DNA of 64,000 nucleotides, from assembly GCA_035495255.1 (NCBI GenBank), contig DATJGD010000039.1, forward strand, positions 54,677-118,676, in the 5' to 3' direction. A program made the position numbers and the translations under genes. The notes beneath the pieces were generated by a model, which ran no database searches, had not been told where the DNA came from, and saw nothing but the letters and a program-made list of their open reading frames with translations. Positions within the stretch are counted from its first letter, which is position 1. Every line of letters starts with the position of its first letter. Positions 9,914 through 17,929 of this stretch are shown in pieces. Origin of the DNA: Bacteroidota bacterium (GTDB lineage Bacteria > Bacteroidota > Ignavibacteria > UBA10030 > SZUA-254).

Positions 9914-10611
9914 GACGGTTCCCCCGATAGTTCGTGGAAGATTTTTCGTAGATCGTTCATTGCGCGATGAACCCGGACCTTTACGGCCTCAACCGAACAG
10001 CCGAGCACTTCGGCAATAGTCTCATATTTCATGTCCCGATATCTGCTCAGGATAAGGACCTCACGTTTATCGGGAGAGAGCCGTGCCAGCGCTTCATCCA
10101 GCATGGCGACATTCTGTTTATAGACCAGTGCTTCTCCCGGGTTTGGGTCGCGGGCGGGAACCTCGTGCTGCGCTTCATCGAATTGTTCTTCATTTTTCCA
10201 TCGCTTGGCATGGTCGACCCGGACATTGCGCGCGACGTGGTACATCCAGGCGGTAAAACTTCCGTCGCCCCGGAAGGTGTTCCTGTATTTCAGCATCCGG
10301 AGAAAGACTTCCTGGACGCAGTCCTCGCTTACGGCCGCATCTTTCGTAAGCCGGACATAGTAGTTGTACAATGGTATGTGATGGCGTTCGAACAGCGCGC
10401 CGAGGCTGCTGAACTCCCCATCTCGTACTCTGAGCATGAGTTCCGTATCCGTTGCTGGATTCACGTGCGAATTAAAGGTTCCGTATGATAAACTGAGGAT
10501 TGAAGAAAAGGTTACAGGAATAACGGGAAAGAAGCAAACAGGGGAAAACCCTTCTGCGGAGGGCTCATCGTGCATCACAAGGGAGATGGATCGGTACCCA
10601 AATGGCCACAA
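9910..10611 (-). CDS. ECF (sigma-70 family, group IV) RNA polymerase sigma factor; real start probably the ATG at 10435-10437 (MLRVRDGEF…)
   Basis: Region 2 (…VQEVFLRMLKYRNTFRGDGSFTAWMYHVARNVRVDHAKRW…) and region 4 HTH (…REVLILSRYRDMKYETIAEVLGCSVEAVKVRVHRAMNDLR). The 58 aa upstream of M59 look non-coding. Confidence 0.85.
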   Translation of the reverse strand: MWPFGYRSISLVMHDEPSAEGFSPVCFFPVIPVTFSSILSLSYGTFNSHVNPATDTELMLRVRDGEFSSLGALFERHHIPLYNYYVRLTKDAAVSEDCVQEVFLRMLKYRNTFRGDGSFTAWMYHVARNVRVDHAKRWKNEEQFDEAQHEVPARDPNPGEALVYKQNVAMLDEALARLSPDKREVLILSRYRDMKYETIAEVLGCSVEAVKVRVHRAMNDLRKIFHELSGEPS

Positions 10612-10661
10612 CCCTGCAGATCACCGGAGCCGCAGGGAGTTAGTCCTTCGAAGCCGATAAT

Positions 10662-12413
10662 CTATTGGATGATCGCAGGCAGAATATACCTGGGCACGTA
10701 CACCCTCTGGGCAGTGAAGGTGTTATCGGAGTTATAATTGCCGCCGAAGAATGCAACGGCGAGATCAAGCTCGGGGATCCCCATGGAGATTTGGCCTCCG
10801 TTCCCGGCGGCGAAGTAGGCTCTCAAAGGGTGTCCTTTGTATTGATAATCTTCCAGCCACCAGAGGTAACCATACTTGCGGTTGAACTTCTTCCCCAGGA
10901 GGGAGAGCTCGGATGTTGCACGGTCAGACCATTCCCTGGAATAAATCCGCTTACCGTGCCACACTCCTCCGTTGAGGTGTAGTTGTGCAAGCTTCAGGAA
11001 ATCGCGAAGAAGGAACTTCGCTCCGCCGGTAAACGTAAATTCCTCCTTCGATGGAGCAACAGTTTGATAATACGTTTTCATTCCTAGCGGATCGGTGATG
11101 AGTTTTCGCAGGAGCGTCGCCGTATGCTGATTCGCAGCGCGGGAAACGACTCCCGCAACGAGATTCGCGCCGGTACTGCAGTACACTCCCTTTTCCCCGG
11201 GGTTGCGAACCATATTGAGTTCTAATGTCCATTTATATAAGTCGCCGGTTTGCTCCCACATTTTGTCCTCGTAGCCCGCGGAGTTCTCATCCCCTTCGTC
11301 GCAATCGAATCCTGAGGACATTGTGAGAAGATGCGCCACGGTCATCGCCCTCTTCCGTGGTTCGAGATTCTCCGGAAAATCTCCGCCGTTCATGATCTTA
11401 TAGACAAAATCCTTGTCACTGATCCTGATCCCCGACTGGATCGCAGCTCCCATCATTTCGGATGCAAAACTCTTGCCTGCGGACCGGGTATCGTGAGGTT
11501 TTTCCGCGTTCTCTCCGTGAAAATATTCCTCTAAAACTATTTTTCCGTGACGTGCGATGATGACGGCATGGTCTTCCTGCGCATCGATGGAATCGAACGG
11601 AGTATCAGTCAATACCTGAATGAATTTCTCGATGCTGTCGCGCGAAATGCCGACGTCCGTAAGGGAGGCGGTCTCCCATTCGTCATCCCGCTTGAGAGGT
11701 GGGGCGTAAACATATTTTACGCCCGGACGGCCGCGCGGATAAATGTCTGATGGCCCGTTCTCCGGTATGCGGCTGAAATCATATGTTCCCCCGCGATTCG
11801 GCATGTAGACTGAAAGGACGTCCTCGTCACTGTCGTATCGCCCTTCCGCAAGCATTTCCCCGGGCTTTCCATCTTTGTCCGCCGCGAAAAATTTCACCGA
11901 GGCGCCATCCTGGTTCAGGTGATCGAATCGATACTGCGTATATCCAAAATTATGCTCGGGGTTTCGCAATGTGACTGCAGTGCTCCCATCGCTTTTTCTC
12001 TTGATAATCAGATAAGCACGCTCTACAGTCGGCCACGGTATCACCTCTCCCTGCCAAACGCCGGATGTATTTTTTGTAAGCGTTATCGGACAAGCCCCAA
12101 CACCTTTTTGGTTCCAATATCCTGTAATTCGGGTTCGATTATTATCGAAATAGGCTTTCAACGTATTCTTCTTCACCTCCGCGAAGAGCGACTCGGCGTG
12201 GATGCTGACCGGGACTGAACTGCCTGCAATCTCAGCAGAAAATTCGCGGTTGAGTTGTCTGATAGTAAGAGTCCCCCGGAGATCCGGTCCGAAGAATTTT
12301 TTGGCCTCCCATAAGCCGGTGAGTTCTTTAGGAGTAGGAGGGGTTTGCGAAATGGCAATAGAAAATATTGTTCCAAAGGACAATAAGAACGTAAAAATGC
12401 GTAAGGAGGCCAT
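10662..12413 (-). CDS. Secreted beta-lactamase-fold serine hydrolase with a ~300-aa N-terminal extra domain
   Basis: Signal peptide; S-x-x-K candidate (RSAGKSF); …MSSGFDCDEGD…YCSTGANLVAGVV…; 583 aa. Same strand, 50 nt upstream of the ECF sigma gene. Confidence 0.65.
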   Translation of the reverse strand: MASLRIFTFLLSFGTIFSIAISQTPPTPKELTGLWEAKKFFGPDLRGTLTIRQLNREFSAEIAGSSVPVSIHAESLFAEVKKNTLKAYFDNNRTRITGYWNQKGVGACPITLTKNTSGVWQGEVIPWPTVERAYLIIKRKSDGSTAVTLRNPEHNFGYTQYRFDHLNQDGASVKFFAADKDGKPGEMLAEGRYDSDEDVLSVYMPNRGGTYDFSRIPENGPSDIYPRGRPGVKYVYAPPLKRDDEWETASLTDVGISRDSIEKFIQVLTDTPFDSIDAQEDHAVIIARHGKIVLEEYFHGENAEKPHDTRSAGKSFASEMMGAAIQSGIRISDKDFVYKIMNGGDFPENLEPRKRAMTVAHLLTMSSGFDCDEGDENSAGYEDKMWEQTGDLYKWTLELNMVRNPGEKGVYCSTGANLVAGVVSRAANQHTATLLRKLITDPLGMKTYYQTVAPSKEEFTFTGGAKFLLRDFLKLAQLHLNGGVWHGKRIYSREWSDRATSELSLLGKKFNRKYGYLWWLEDYQYKGHPLRAYFAAGNGGQISMGIPELDLAVAFFGGNYNSDNTFTAQRVYVPRYILPAIIQ

Positions 12414-12506
12414 ATGATCTTCCAGTTGAGTGGTAATTAAGATGGGTGTAAGACGGAGGGAGGGCGGGAAAGGTTTACAGAGGCAAAAGTCGGCTTCGAT
12501 GGAAGC

Positions 12507-13076
12507 CTAATATCTTATCCCAGTATCACGTTGCAACACATCTCCGCTGTTAGCATCGAGGATTAGGTATGGAAAACCGTTTGCGCCTTGAATTTTCCAT
12601 GCTAAGCTATACTTCGATGGTATGTTTGAACCCGGAGTTGTGGCGAAGAATCCGAGCCTGTAGGAAATACACAGGCTATCAAATTCCATGACTTGCCTTG
12701 CTTTTCGTATGGCTTCTGTGTACGTAATCCGAGCATTGTGTGAAAGATTGGGAGGGGATGGAATTCTGTCTGGTGATGAGACACTCCCGTCCCGCTTAGA
12801 CTTGTACAAGCGATACGTATCGGTGAAACTTAATAAACCGTCGAAATATACATTGGCGAAAACACCGACCGTATAGTTGTCGTCAAAAAGCCGAACTACC
12901 TGCAACTGAGGATACTTGGCGAGAGTATCGAGTAGTTCAGGCGCGGTCCGCAAAGGAGTGAGTGAAACAAGATGGTCACGGTCGGTCAGTTCGGTGGTGG
13001 TCGTGCAGATGTTGTTACTGCTGCCGCACGCCATGAAAAGAGCGGAAAGAAGGGGAATGAGTGCGAGCCGGTTCAT
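12507..13076 (-). CDS. Lipoprotein, hypothetical; C-terminal region PepSY-like (weak)
   Basis: Lipobox LSALFMACGSS; C-terminus …ITYTEAIRKARQVM…LAWKIQGANGFPYLILDANSGDVLQRD resembles a PepSY (peptidase propeptide/YpeB) repeat. Confidence 0.45.
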   Translation of the reverse strand: MNRLALIPLLSALFMACGSSNNICTTTTELTDRDHLVSLTPLRTAPELLDTLAKYPQLQVVRLFDDNYTVGVFANVYFDGLLSFTDTYRLYKSKRDGSVSSPDRIPSPPNLSHNARITYTEAIRKARQVMEFDSLCISYRLGFFATTPGSNIPSKYSLAWKIQGANGFPYLILDANSGDVLQRDTGIRY

Positions 13077-13119
13077 GAGCCGTAAATTTCGGCGGGTAAT
13101 TTCAAATAGCCCAGCCGCT

Positions 13120-13899
13120 TCACTTCGCCACGATCAATTTTTTCACCGCTGTAAACTCTCCAACGCGAAGCCTGTAAAAATAGACTCCGCTCGAGAGTCC
13201 ACTTGCATCAAACTGCGCCGAGTAAGGGCCTGTAAGTTGTTTCCCCTCAACAAGGGTCGCCACTTCCCGGCCGATGACATCATACACTTTCAAAGACACA
13301 ATGCTGGAAACAGGTATGTCGAATCGAATATGAGTGACAGGGTTGAATGGATTCGGGAAATTATCATACAACCTGAACGCCGATGGCGTAGCATAGGCTC
13401 CCCCCACATCCGCTACACCCGAATTCGTCATTAAAATAAAGTCTGAGGTATCCGGGCAAGCTCCAAACGTAGCGATGTAAACGCGCATACTCATTTCATT
13501 TGCAGAAATCCTGCACCCTTCAAGCACGAATGCTTCAAGAAAGTTCTCAACGTAATGCGGGGTTTTAAAGCAGCTGTCATTAATGAAATATCCCCCGGTC
13601 CGGATTACATGATGATCAAAATGTCCCATGAGGCAGGGATACGTCGGCGGATCTAATGAGTTGACCCTCAGATAGCCCGTGAAAATAGCCGAATCAAGTC
13701 TCGGGACAGAGCCGGCGGGAACTGAGATGTGGACCTGTAGTGAGTCTCCGGGAGCGTTTGATTCATACCATCCGGGAGCGATCTGCGCGAAAAGAGCAAC
13801 GGGCGCTATCAGCGTTAAGATCGCGATGGTGCAAAATATCCACTCCGAATTTCTCGCAAAGAATACTCCCTCCCGAATCTTCCTTCCTCCTCCATGCAT
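13120..13899 (-). CDS. T9SS (Por) C-terminal sorting-domain cargo protein, function unknown
   Basis: C-terminus …YDNFPNPFNPVTHIRFDIPVSSIVSLKVYDVIGREVATLVEGKQLTGPYSAQFDASGLSSGVYFYRLRV… (T9SS type A CTD); N-terminal signal peptide. Confidence 0.7.
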   Translation of the reverse strand: MHGGGRKIREGVFFARNSEWIFCTIAILTLIAPVALFAQIAPGWYESNAPGDSLQVHISVPAGSVPRLDSAIFTGYLRVNSLDPPTYPCLMGHFDHHVIRTGGYFINDSCFKTPHYVENFLEAFVLEGCRISANEMSMRVYIATFGACPDTSDFILMTNSGVADVGGAYATPSAFRLYDNFPNPFNPVTHIRFDIPVSSIVSLKVYDVIGREVATLVEGKQLTGPYSAQFDASGLSSGVYFYRLRVGEFTAVKKLIVAK

Positions 13900-13934
13900 C
13901 GTACATCCTCCTTAATGTATTATACACCTTCCCC

Positions 13935-14372
13935 CTACTGCTTTGTCGCTGTCCACGTCCCGCCGCCCCCCGACGTGTTGTATGTCCCTCCTCCGCTGCT
14001 GCCGTACATGGTGCCGGTCAACGAACCAACCGGCGAGCCTGCATAATAAATATCTGCGTTCACCGATCCGTTCGAAGAGACCTGGCCTGTCACAGTGAGG
14101 ATGCCGTTTGCTCCCGACAGGGTAGCATCAAATGAGAACCTGCCGTCAGAACCTATGGCGGCATTCTTGCTCCCCGAGAAGGTTCCGCCAAATGTCACCT
14201 GCCAGGTTCCCGCATACGGATTGTTGCCGGATCCGGCCGGATTGTCCTCGGCACAACCCACCATAACGAGCAGTGCAATAATGAACATCCTCATAGGTAA
14301 ACCCCGGTTGATGGAAGCAGTTGTACTTCCGTCACGTCTGATATGCGATGTCATAGCTTCGTCGCGCTCCAT
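13935..14372 (-). CDS. Small Gly/Ser/Thr-rich lipoprotein (paralogue A); probable start MRMFIIALLVMVGCAEDN at ~14294
   Basis: Lipobox LVMVGC; mature part NPYAGTWQVTFGGTFSGS…IGSDGRFSFDATLSG…GTYNTSGGGGTWTATKQ. Confidence 0.55.
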   Translation of the reverse strand: MERDEAMTSHIRRDGSTTASINRGLPMRMFIIALLVMVGCAEDNPAGSGNNPYAGTWQVTFGGTFSGSKNAAIGSDGRFSFDATLSGANGILTVTGQVSSNGSVNADIYYAGSPVGSLTGTMYGSSGGGTYNTSGGGGTWTATKQ

Positions 14373-14746
14373 GTTCCGTTTCCTCCGGCAGAAGAGTAGG
14401 TGCCGTTGCCGCTGCTGGCCGACAGGTTACCTGAAAGGTAGCCGACCGACTGGCCTTGATAGGTAGCGTCCGCGCTCACAGCACCTGTGGCGGAAACCGT
14501 CCCCGTCCAGGTTACCGGCCCGCTTAGCCCGGATGCCGTCGCGCTGAACGAAAATGTACCGTCGGAGCCGATAGTTATCGTTCTGCTGCCGGAAAACGCT
14601 CCCGAGAAACTCACTGTCCAATTGCCCGCATATGGATTTGCGCCGGGGCCGGGTCCTGATGTGTCGTCCTTGCATCCGGCGCACATCGCCACAACCAGGC
14701 ACAATGCCAATGCTCCCAACATTATTTTTCTCATGTGTTCCTCCAT
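14351..14746 (-). CDS. Small Gly/Ser/Thr-rich lipoprotein (paralogue B); probable start MRKIMLGALALCLVVAMCAGC at ~14734
   Basis: About 50% identical to paralogue A: NPYAGNWTVSFSGAFSGS…IGSDGTFSFSATASG…GTYSSAGGNGTWSATKL. Confidence 0.55.
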   Translation of the reverse strand: MEEHMRKIMLGALALCLVVAMCAGCKDDTSGPGPGANPYAGNWTVSFSGAFSGSRTITIGSDGTFSFSATASGLSGPVTWTGTVSATGAVSADATYQGQSVGYLSGNLSASSGNGTYSSAGGNGTWSATKL

Positions 14747-14764
14747 AGAAGAAATGACAATCGC

Positions 14765-15886
14765 CTATTTCAAAAGAACGAGCCGTTTGGTTTCCGTGAA
14801 TGTTCCGGCGGTCATGCGGTAGATATACACACCGCTCGCAGCTCCTGATCCATCCCACTGCGCCGAATATGATCCCGGTGCAAGCTGGCCTGAAACAAGC
14901 GTAGCGACCTGGTTTCCAAGCAGACCATAAATTGAAAGCGAGACATATTCCGAAACGGGGACGCTGAAATTTATTGCTGTAACCGGGTTGAACGGATTGG
15001 GGTAGTTCTGACCGAGCGAAAAAGCCTGAGGGATCACGCCGGGCAGTTCTGTCACCGATACCGCGGTCGGCTCATACCATGAGGTGGCGCTGACGCTGAT
15101 AGAGCCGGTGGATGGCTGGGTCGTGTCTGAAGGGACAACAGTAACTGTCGCTCCCTCCTTCGTCATGAACTCATACGTAATAAGCCTGCCGGTATGGCCA
15201 TTCGTTGTAGTATGCCTGTCAACTTTTACCCGTACTGCCTGGTAGACCGTCGAGCTTGGAAACGTCAGCGAGCCAAAGGCATCGGCCGTGAAATCCGCAA
15301 CCACATGTGCGACCGAAGTGATATTGGAACCTCCGATCGTAAAGTGTGTGGTGTCATCATAGGTCGATGTCCAGCTGGTGCCGCTCGTCAGAGGGAGCTG
15401 CATGAGCACAGCCGGGGGATTGTTGATACTTTTCTGCTGAAACCCTGATGCCTGCTGCACGCCCAGGAACTCAAGCGCCGTCGGACTCAGCTTGTAATAC
15501 GAGTAAATGTCCCCTGCCATCCACGCATGCGTAGCGGTTGGGTAGTTCGAAAAAAATTGAGTGGTGTCCGCCTGAACTGCAACGGACCCCGAACTTATGC
15601 CCAACGCCAGCCCGCTGAAATTCCATGACGTTGCTCCTGCCGAGCCGATGTTCAGCGTGTGTGTGCTCGTATCGGTGTGAGTTGTCGTGGTTTTTCCCGG
15701 CGCCATTGTTGCTGCAACGTCGGTAGACGTTATGTTGATCTGACCGTATAATGGTGCGGCCGCAAGGCAAAGTAGTACAATACAAAGAAACAAGTTTTTC
15801 ATGAGACTCCTGTGGTATACGGTGATTGAGGATGTTTCTGAATCCATTTGGGCGTCCCGGCAGGTGACGTGCTCCCGAACTCGCAA
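14765..15886 (-). CDS. T9SS C-terminal sorting-domain cargo protein, Thr/Ser-rich, function unknown; probable start MKNLFLCIVLL… at ~15802
   Basis: C-terminus …GQNYPNPFNPVTAINFSVPVSEYVSLSIYGLLGNQVATLVSGQLAPGSYSAQWDGSGAASGVYIYRM… (T9SS CTD); signal peptide after M29. Confidence 0.7.
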   Translation of the reverse strand: MRVREHVTCRDAQMDSETSSITVYHRSLMKNLFLCIVLLCLAAAPLYGQINITSTDVAATMAPGKTTTTHTDTSTHTLNIGSAGATSWNFSGLALGISSGSVAVQADTTQFFSNYPTATHAWMAGDIYSYYKLSPTALEFLGVQQASGFQQKSINNPPAVLMQLPLTSGTSWTSTYDDTTHFTIGGSNITSVAHVVADFTADAFGSLTFPSSTVYQAVRVKVDRHTTTNGHTGRLITYEFMTKEGATVTVVPSDTTQPSTGSISVSATSWYEPTAVSVTELPGVIPQAFSLGQNYPNPFNPVTAINFSVPVSEYVSLSIYGLLGNQVATLVSGQLAPGSYSAQWDGSGAASGVYIYRMTAGTFTETKRLVLLK

Positions 15887-15887
15887 C

Positions 15888-16196
15888 CTACTTCGGCTTC
15901 TCCCCCATCGGCGTAATTATTCCGGTTTCTTTGACGATCACCGGATGCCCTTCCAGCTCTCGTGGGATCCTGTTTTCGACGTCGCGGGTTTTCGCCTGAA
16001 CCATGACGACGATGCAAGGCGTATGCTCCTCGTTCTCCCCCACATACACTCCCGTCACACCCGGTATCGACATGAGATGTCCTGTGTGCGCCTCTTTGAC
16101 ATCGTTGATGTTACGCAGAGGTTTGTTCTTCGTGGAAGTGCAGCCGGAGGCTGCGATTCCAAGAAACAGAATGAGAAATAATGCGTTGCAGTTCAA
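15888..16196 (-). CDS. Small lipoprotein P1, homologous to the N-terminal pro-region of the adjacent S1 protease (stand-alone propeptide-like protein)
   Basis: Lipobox GIAASGC; …HLMSIPGVTGVYVGENEEHTPCIVVMVQAKTRDVENRIPRELEGHPVIVKETG… aligns with protease residues ~63-128 and with P2 (17930..18244). Confidence 0.55.
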   Translation of the reverse strand: MNCNALFLILFLGIAASGCTSTKNKPLRNINDVKEAHTGHLMSIPGVTGVYVGENEEHTPCIVVMVQAKTRDVENRIPRELEGHPVIVKETGIITPMGEKPK

Positions 16197-16300
16197 GAGA
16201 ATCCTGGTGATAAATAACGGTTAAGAATTTGCCGTCGTAAACAGCCGATGAGCTGACACTACGATAACAAATAATGTCGTGGATTTCAAGTTTCGGGGGT

Positions 16301-16345
16301 ATAAACAAACATCCCCGATCCATAGGGACCGGGGATGTTGTTTGC
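16301..16345 (-). terminator. Rho-independent terminator downstream of the serine protease gene
   Basis: ACATCCCCG-12 nt loop-CGGGGATGT (10-bp stem) followed on the minus strand by TTTGTTTAT; lies 40-80 nt after the 16382 stop. Confidence 0.6.
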
Positions 16346-16381
16346 AGCTCTGAACAACCTGTTGAGGTACTGCTGAACTTG

Positions 16382-17548
16382 TTACTGTCCCACCATCCCT
16401 GCGCCGCCGCCGACCCAGCTCAATACATCGTTGATCGGGTTGGCAATTGCGTCCGTGCTGCTGCCGGCATACAAGAGGCCGACCGCATGAGGATTCGTGG
16501 AAATGTCCTCTACCATCAGCGAACCTGAATCACCGCTATTGAGGAACTTGCTTCCGGCGTTAGCAACAACGATCTGGCCGCTGAACGTCTTCGTAAATGC
16601 AACACCGCCCGCACATTCGTTGTCGTATTGGACGCTGATCGTTGCGTTGAGTCCGTTTATCGAGCTGCGGCTCAAGCCCGTTGTACGTCCGCTCTTCTTG
16701 ACACCCTGTCCGACGAACGCGCTGACCGTTGTAGCGGAAAGTGTGCCGACTTCGAGGATCGCTCCGTTCGAACTTACCATTCCGGAAATAACCTGAGCAT
16801 AACCTGCGTCAACGTTCGCACCGGGCAAGCTGCCGGAACCCGAAAGCGTCGCGACGTTCTGAGCATTGTTTGCGTTGCAGCTGATATCGACCATACCCGG
16901 CTGAATAACCGGATCGCCTGCCGTCGCAACTCTGCTGTTGCCGCCGGAAACTCTGTCGCCCCAGAACACGTGATAGTTGCTGAGGACGTACTGCGTCGTA
17001 CCGATGTGGATCAAGGAACCGAGCGTACCGCTGCAGCAATAACCGTTGGCGAGATCATAGCGCCATCCGCCTGAAGTGCCAAGCTGGATGGGAGGAGTCT
17101 GCTTTGCTGTGTGGCTCGTTCCGCCGCCGCCGCCGCCAGGACCCTTCATTGCTCTGAATTCACCCGTAACCTTTGCCACGACCGGGATGCCGTCGAGCGC
17201 AGCGGGTATCGATGAAGGAGCACGCAAGCCCTTCACACCGGCCGGAGAATCTTTCAGATAGAGAAAGATAGCAAGCTTGCCGTCGCTGGTCATTCCGGTT
17301 GCGGTACCAACGATATTCTTATCGCTCATGAGACCGGGTGTATATTTGTCCTGCACTGCCATCACCGAGCGCACTGCCGGATCTGCTGTGCTGAGTTTGC
17401 CGAGCGAAGCCTGCTGGTTTGTTGTTACAGGATTCGAGGCGTCTTGCTTTTCGCTGCAACCGGTCCAATACATGACCGAACACAGAGAAATGATCGCAAT
17501 GAGCGATGCCACGATCCACTTTGAACGAAGAAAAGGATTTTTCATCAA
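16382..17548 (-). CDS. Secreted chymotrypsin-fold serine protease of the alpha-lytic protease/streptogrisin (S1E-like) type, with N-terminal pro-region and a Gly6 linker
   Basis: Signal/lipobox (…SLCSVMYWTGCSE); catalytic His …VLSNYHVF…; SGRTTG motif (KKSGRTTGLSRSSINGL, as in alpha-lytic protease CRSGRTTGYQCG); catalytic Ser GDSGSLMV; pro-region ~res 60-130 followed by GPGGGGGGTSH. Confidence 0.75.
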   Translation of the reverse strand: MMKNPFLRSKWIVASLIAIISLCSVMYWTGCSEKQDASNPVTTNQQASLGKLSTADPAVRSVMAVQDKYTPGLMSDKNIVGTATGMTSDGKLAIFLYLKDSPAGVKGLRAPSSIPAALDGIPVVAKVTGEFRAMKGPGGGGGGTSHTAKQTPPIQLGTSGGWRYDLANGYCCSGTLGSLIHIGTTQYVLSNYHVFWGDRVSGGNSRVATAGDPVIQPGMVDISCNANNAQNVATLSGSGSLPGANVDAGYAQVISGMVSSNGAILEVGTLSATTVSAFVGQGVKKSGRTTGLSRSSINGLNATISVQYDNECAGGVAFTKTFSGQIVVANAGSKFLNSGDSGSLMVEDISTNPHAVGLLYAGSSTDAIANPINDVLSWVGGGAGMVGQ

Positions 17549-17885
17549 TCCCTCCTTGGAAGTTTGTGAAATGAAGTTAGTTAGTTAGATACTCTTGAAA
17601 AACCAATTCACAGGGACGAATCCCTGGTGCAGCGGGCGCAAAAAATGGGAAAATACAACGAGTAAGAATACAAAAAAATACCCCTTTTGTCAAGCTTTTT
17701 TTGCGAGAAAACGATTATTTTTGAGCAAACCGGCGCTGAAAACAGCGTTGCCCCACAATTTACCTGCCGGGGTAAATCTATGATATTTTGGGACCTGAAA
17801 TGTGAAGTGAAACACATGGAAGATAAGCCTGGAATTCAGGCTAAAAGCGAGGATAAACGATGCCGTACAGGGAGAGTTACGCGAT

Positions 17886-17907
17886 TTCGAAGGGTTGGGT
17901 GACTCTT
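17886..17907 (-). terminator. Hairpin 23 nt downstream of P2 (weak terminator candidate, no U-tract)
   Basis: TTGGGTGA-6 nt-TCACCCAA perfect 8-bp inverted repeat. Confidence 0.3.
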
Positions 17908-17929
17908 ATCACCCAATGAGGATTAGGTG

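Noticed and set aside
9011-9970. Long antisense ORFs (9011..9970 +, 22779..23792 +, 25353..26540 +, 32039..33157 +, 34189..34902 +) overlapping well-supported genes
   Set aside because: Their translations are low-complexity and Arg-rich, typical of shadow ORFs in GC-rich DNA. The opposite-strand genes have clear conserved motifs.
10438-10611. 58-aa N-terminal extension of the ECF sigma ORF
   Set aside because: The translation (MWPFGYRSISLVMHDEPS…) has no sigma-like features. Sigma region 2 begins right after M59 (MLRVRDGEF). Likely upstream non-coding sequence read in frame.
12414-12506. tRNA or other small RNA genes in intergenic gaps (12414-12506, 17549-17929, 42226-42346, 45326-45485, 50618-50731, 59728-59877, 61287-61395)
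   Set aside because: No cloverleaf-compatible segments (GTTC…GAAC T-arm, CCA ends) were visible. The gaps contain promoter-like AT-rich tracts or terminator hairpins only.
15801-16181. 126-aa plus-strand ORF spanning the junction of the T9SS cargo gene and P1
   Set aside because: Overlaps two well-supported minus-strand genes. No features of its own.
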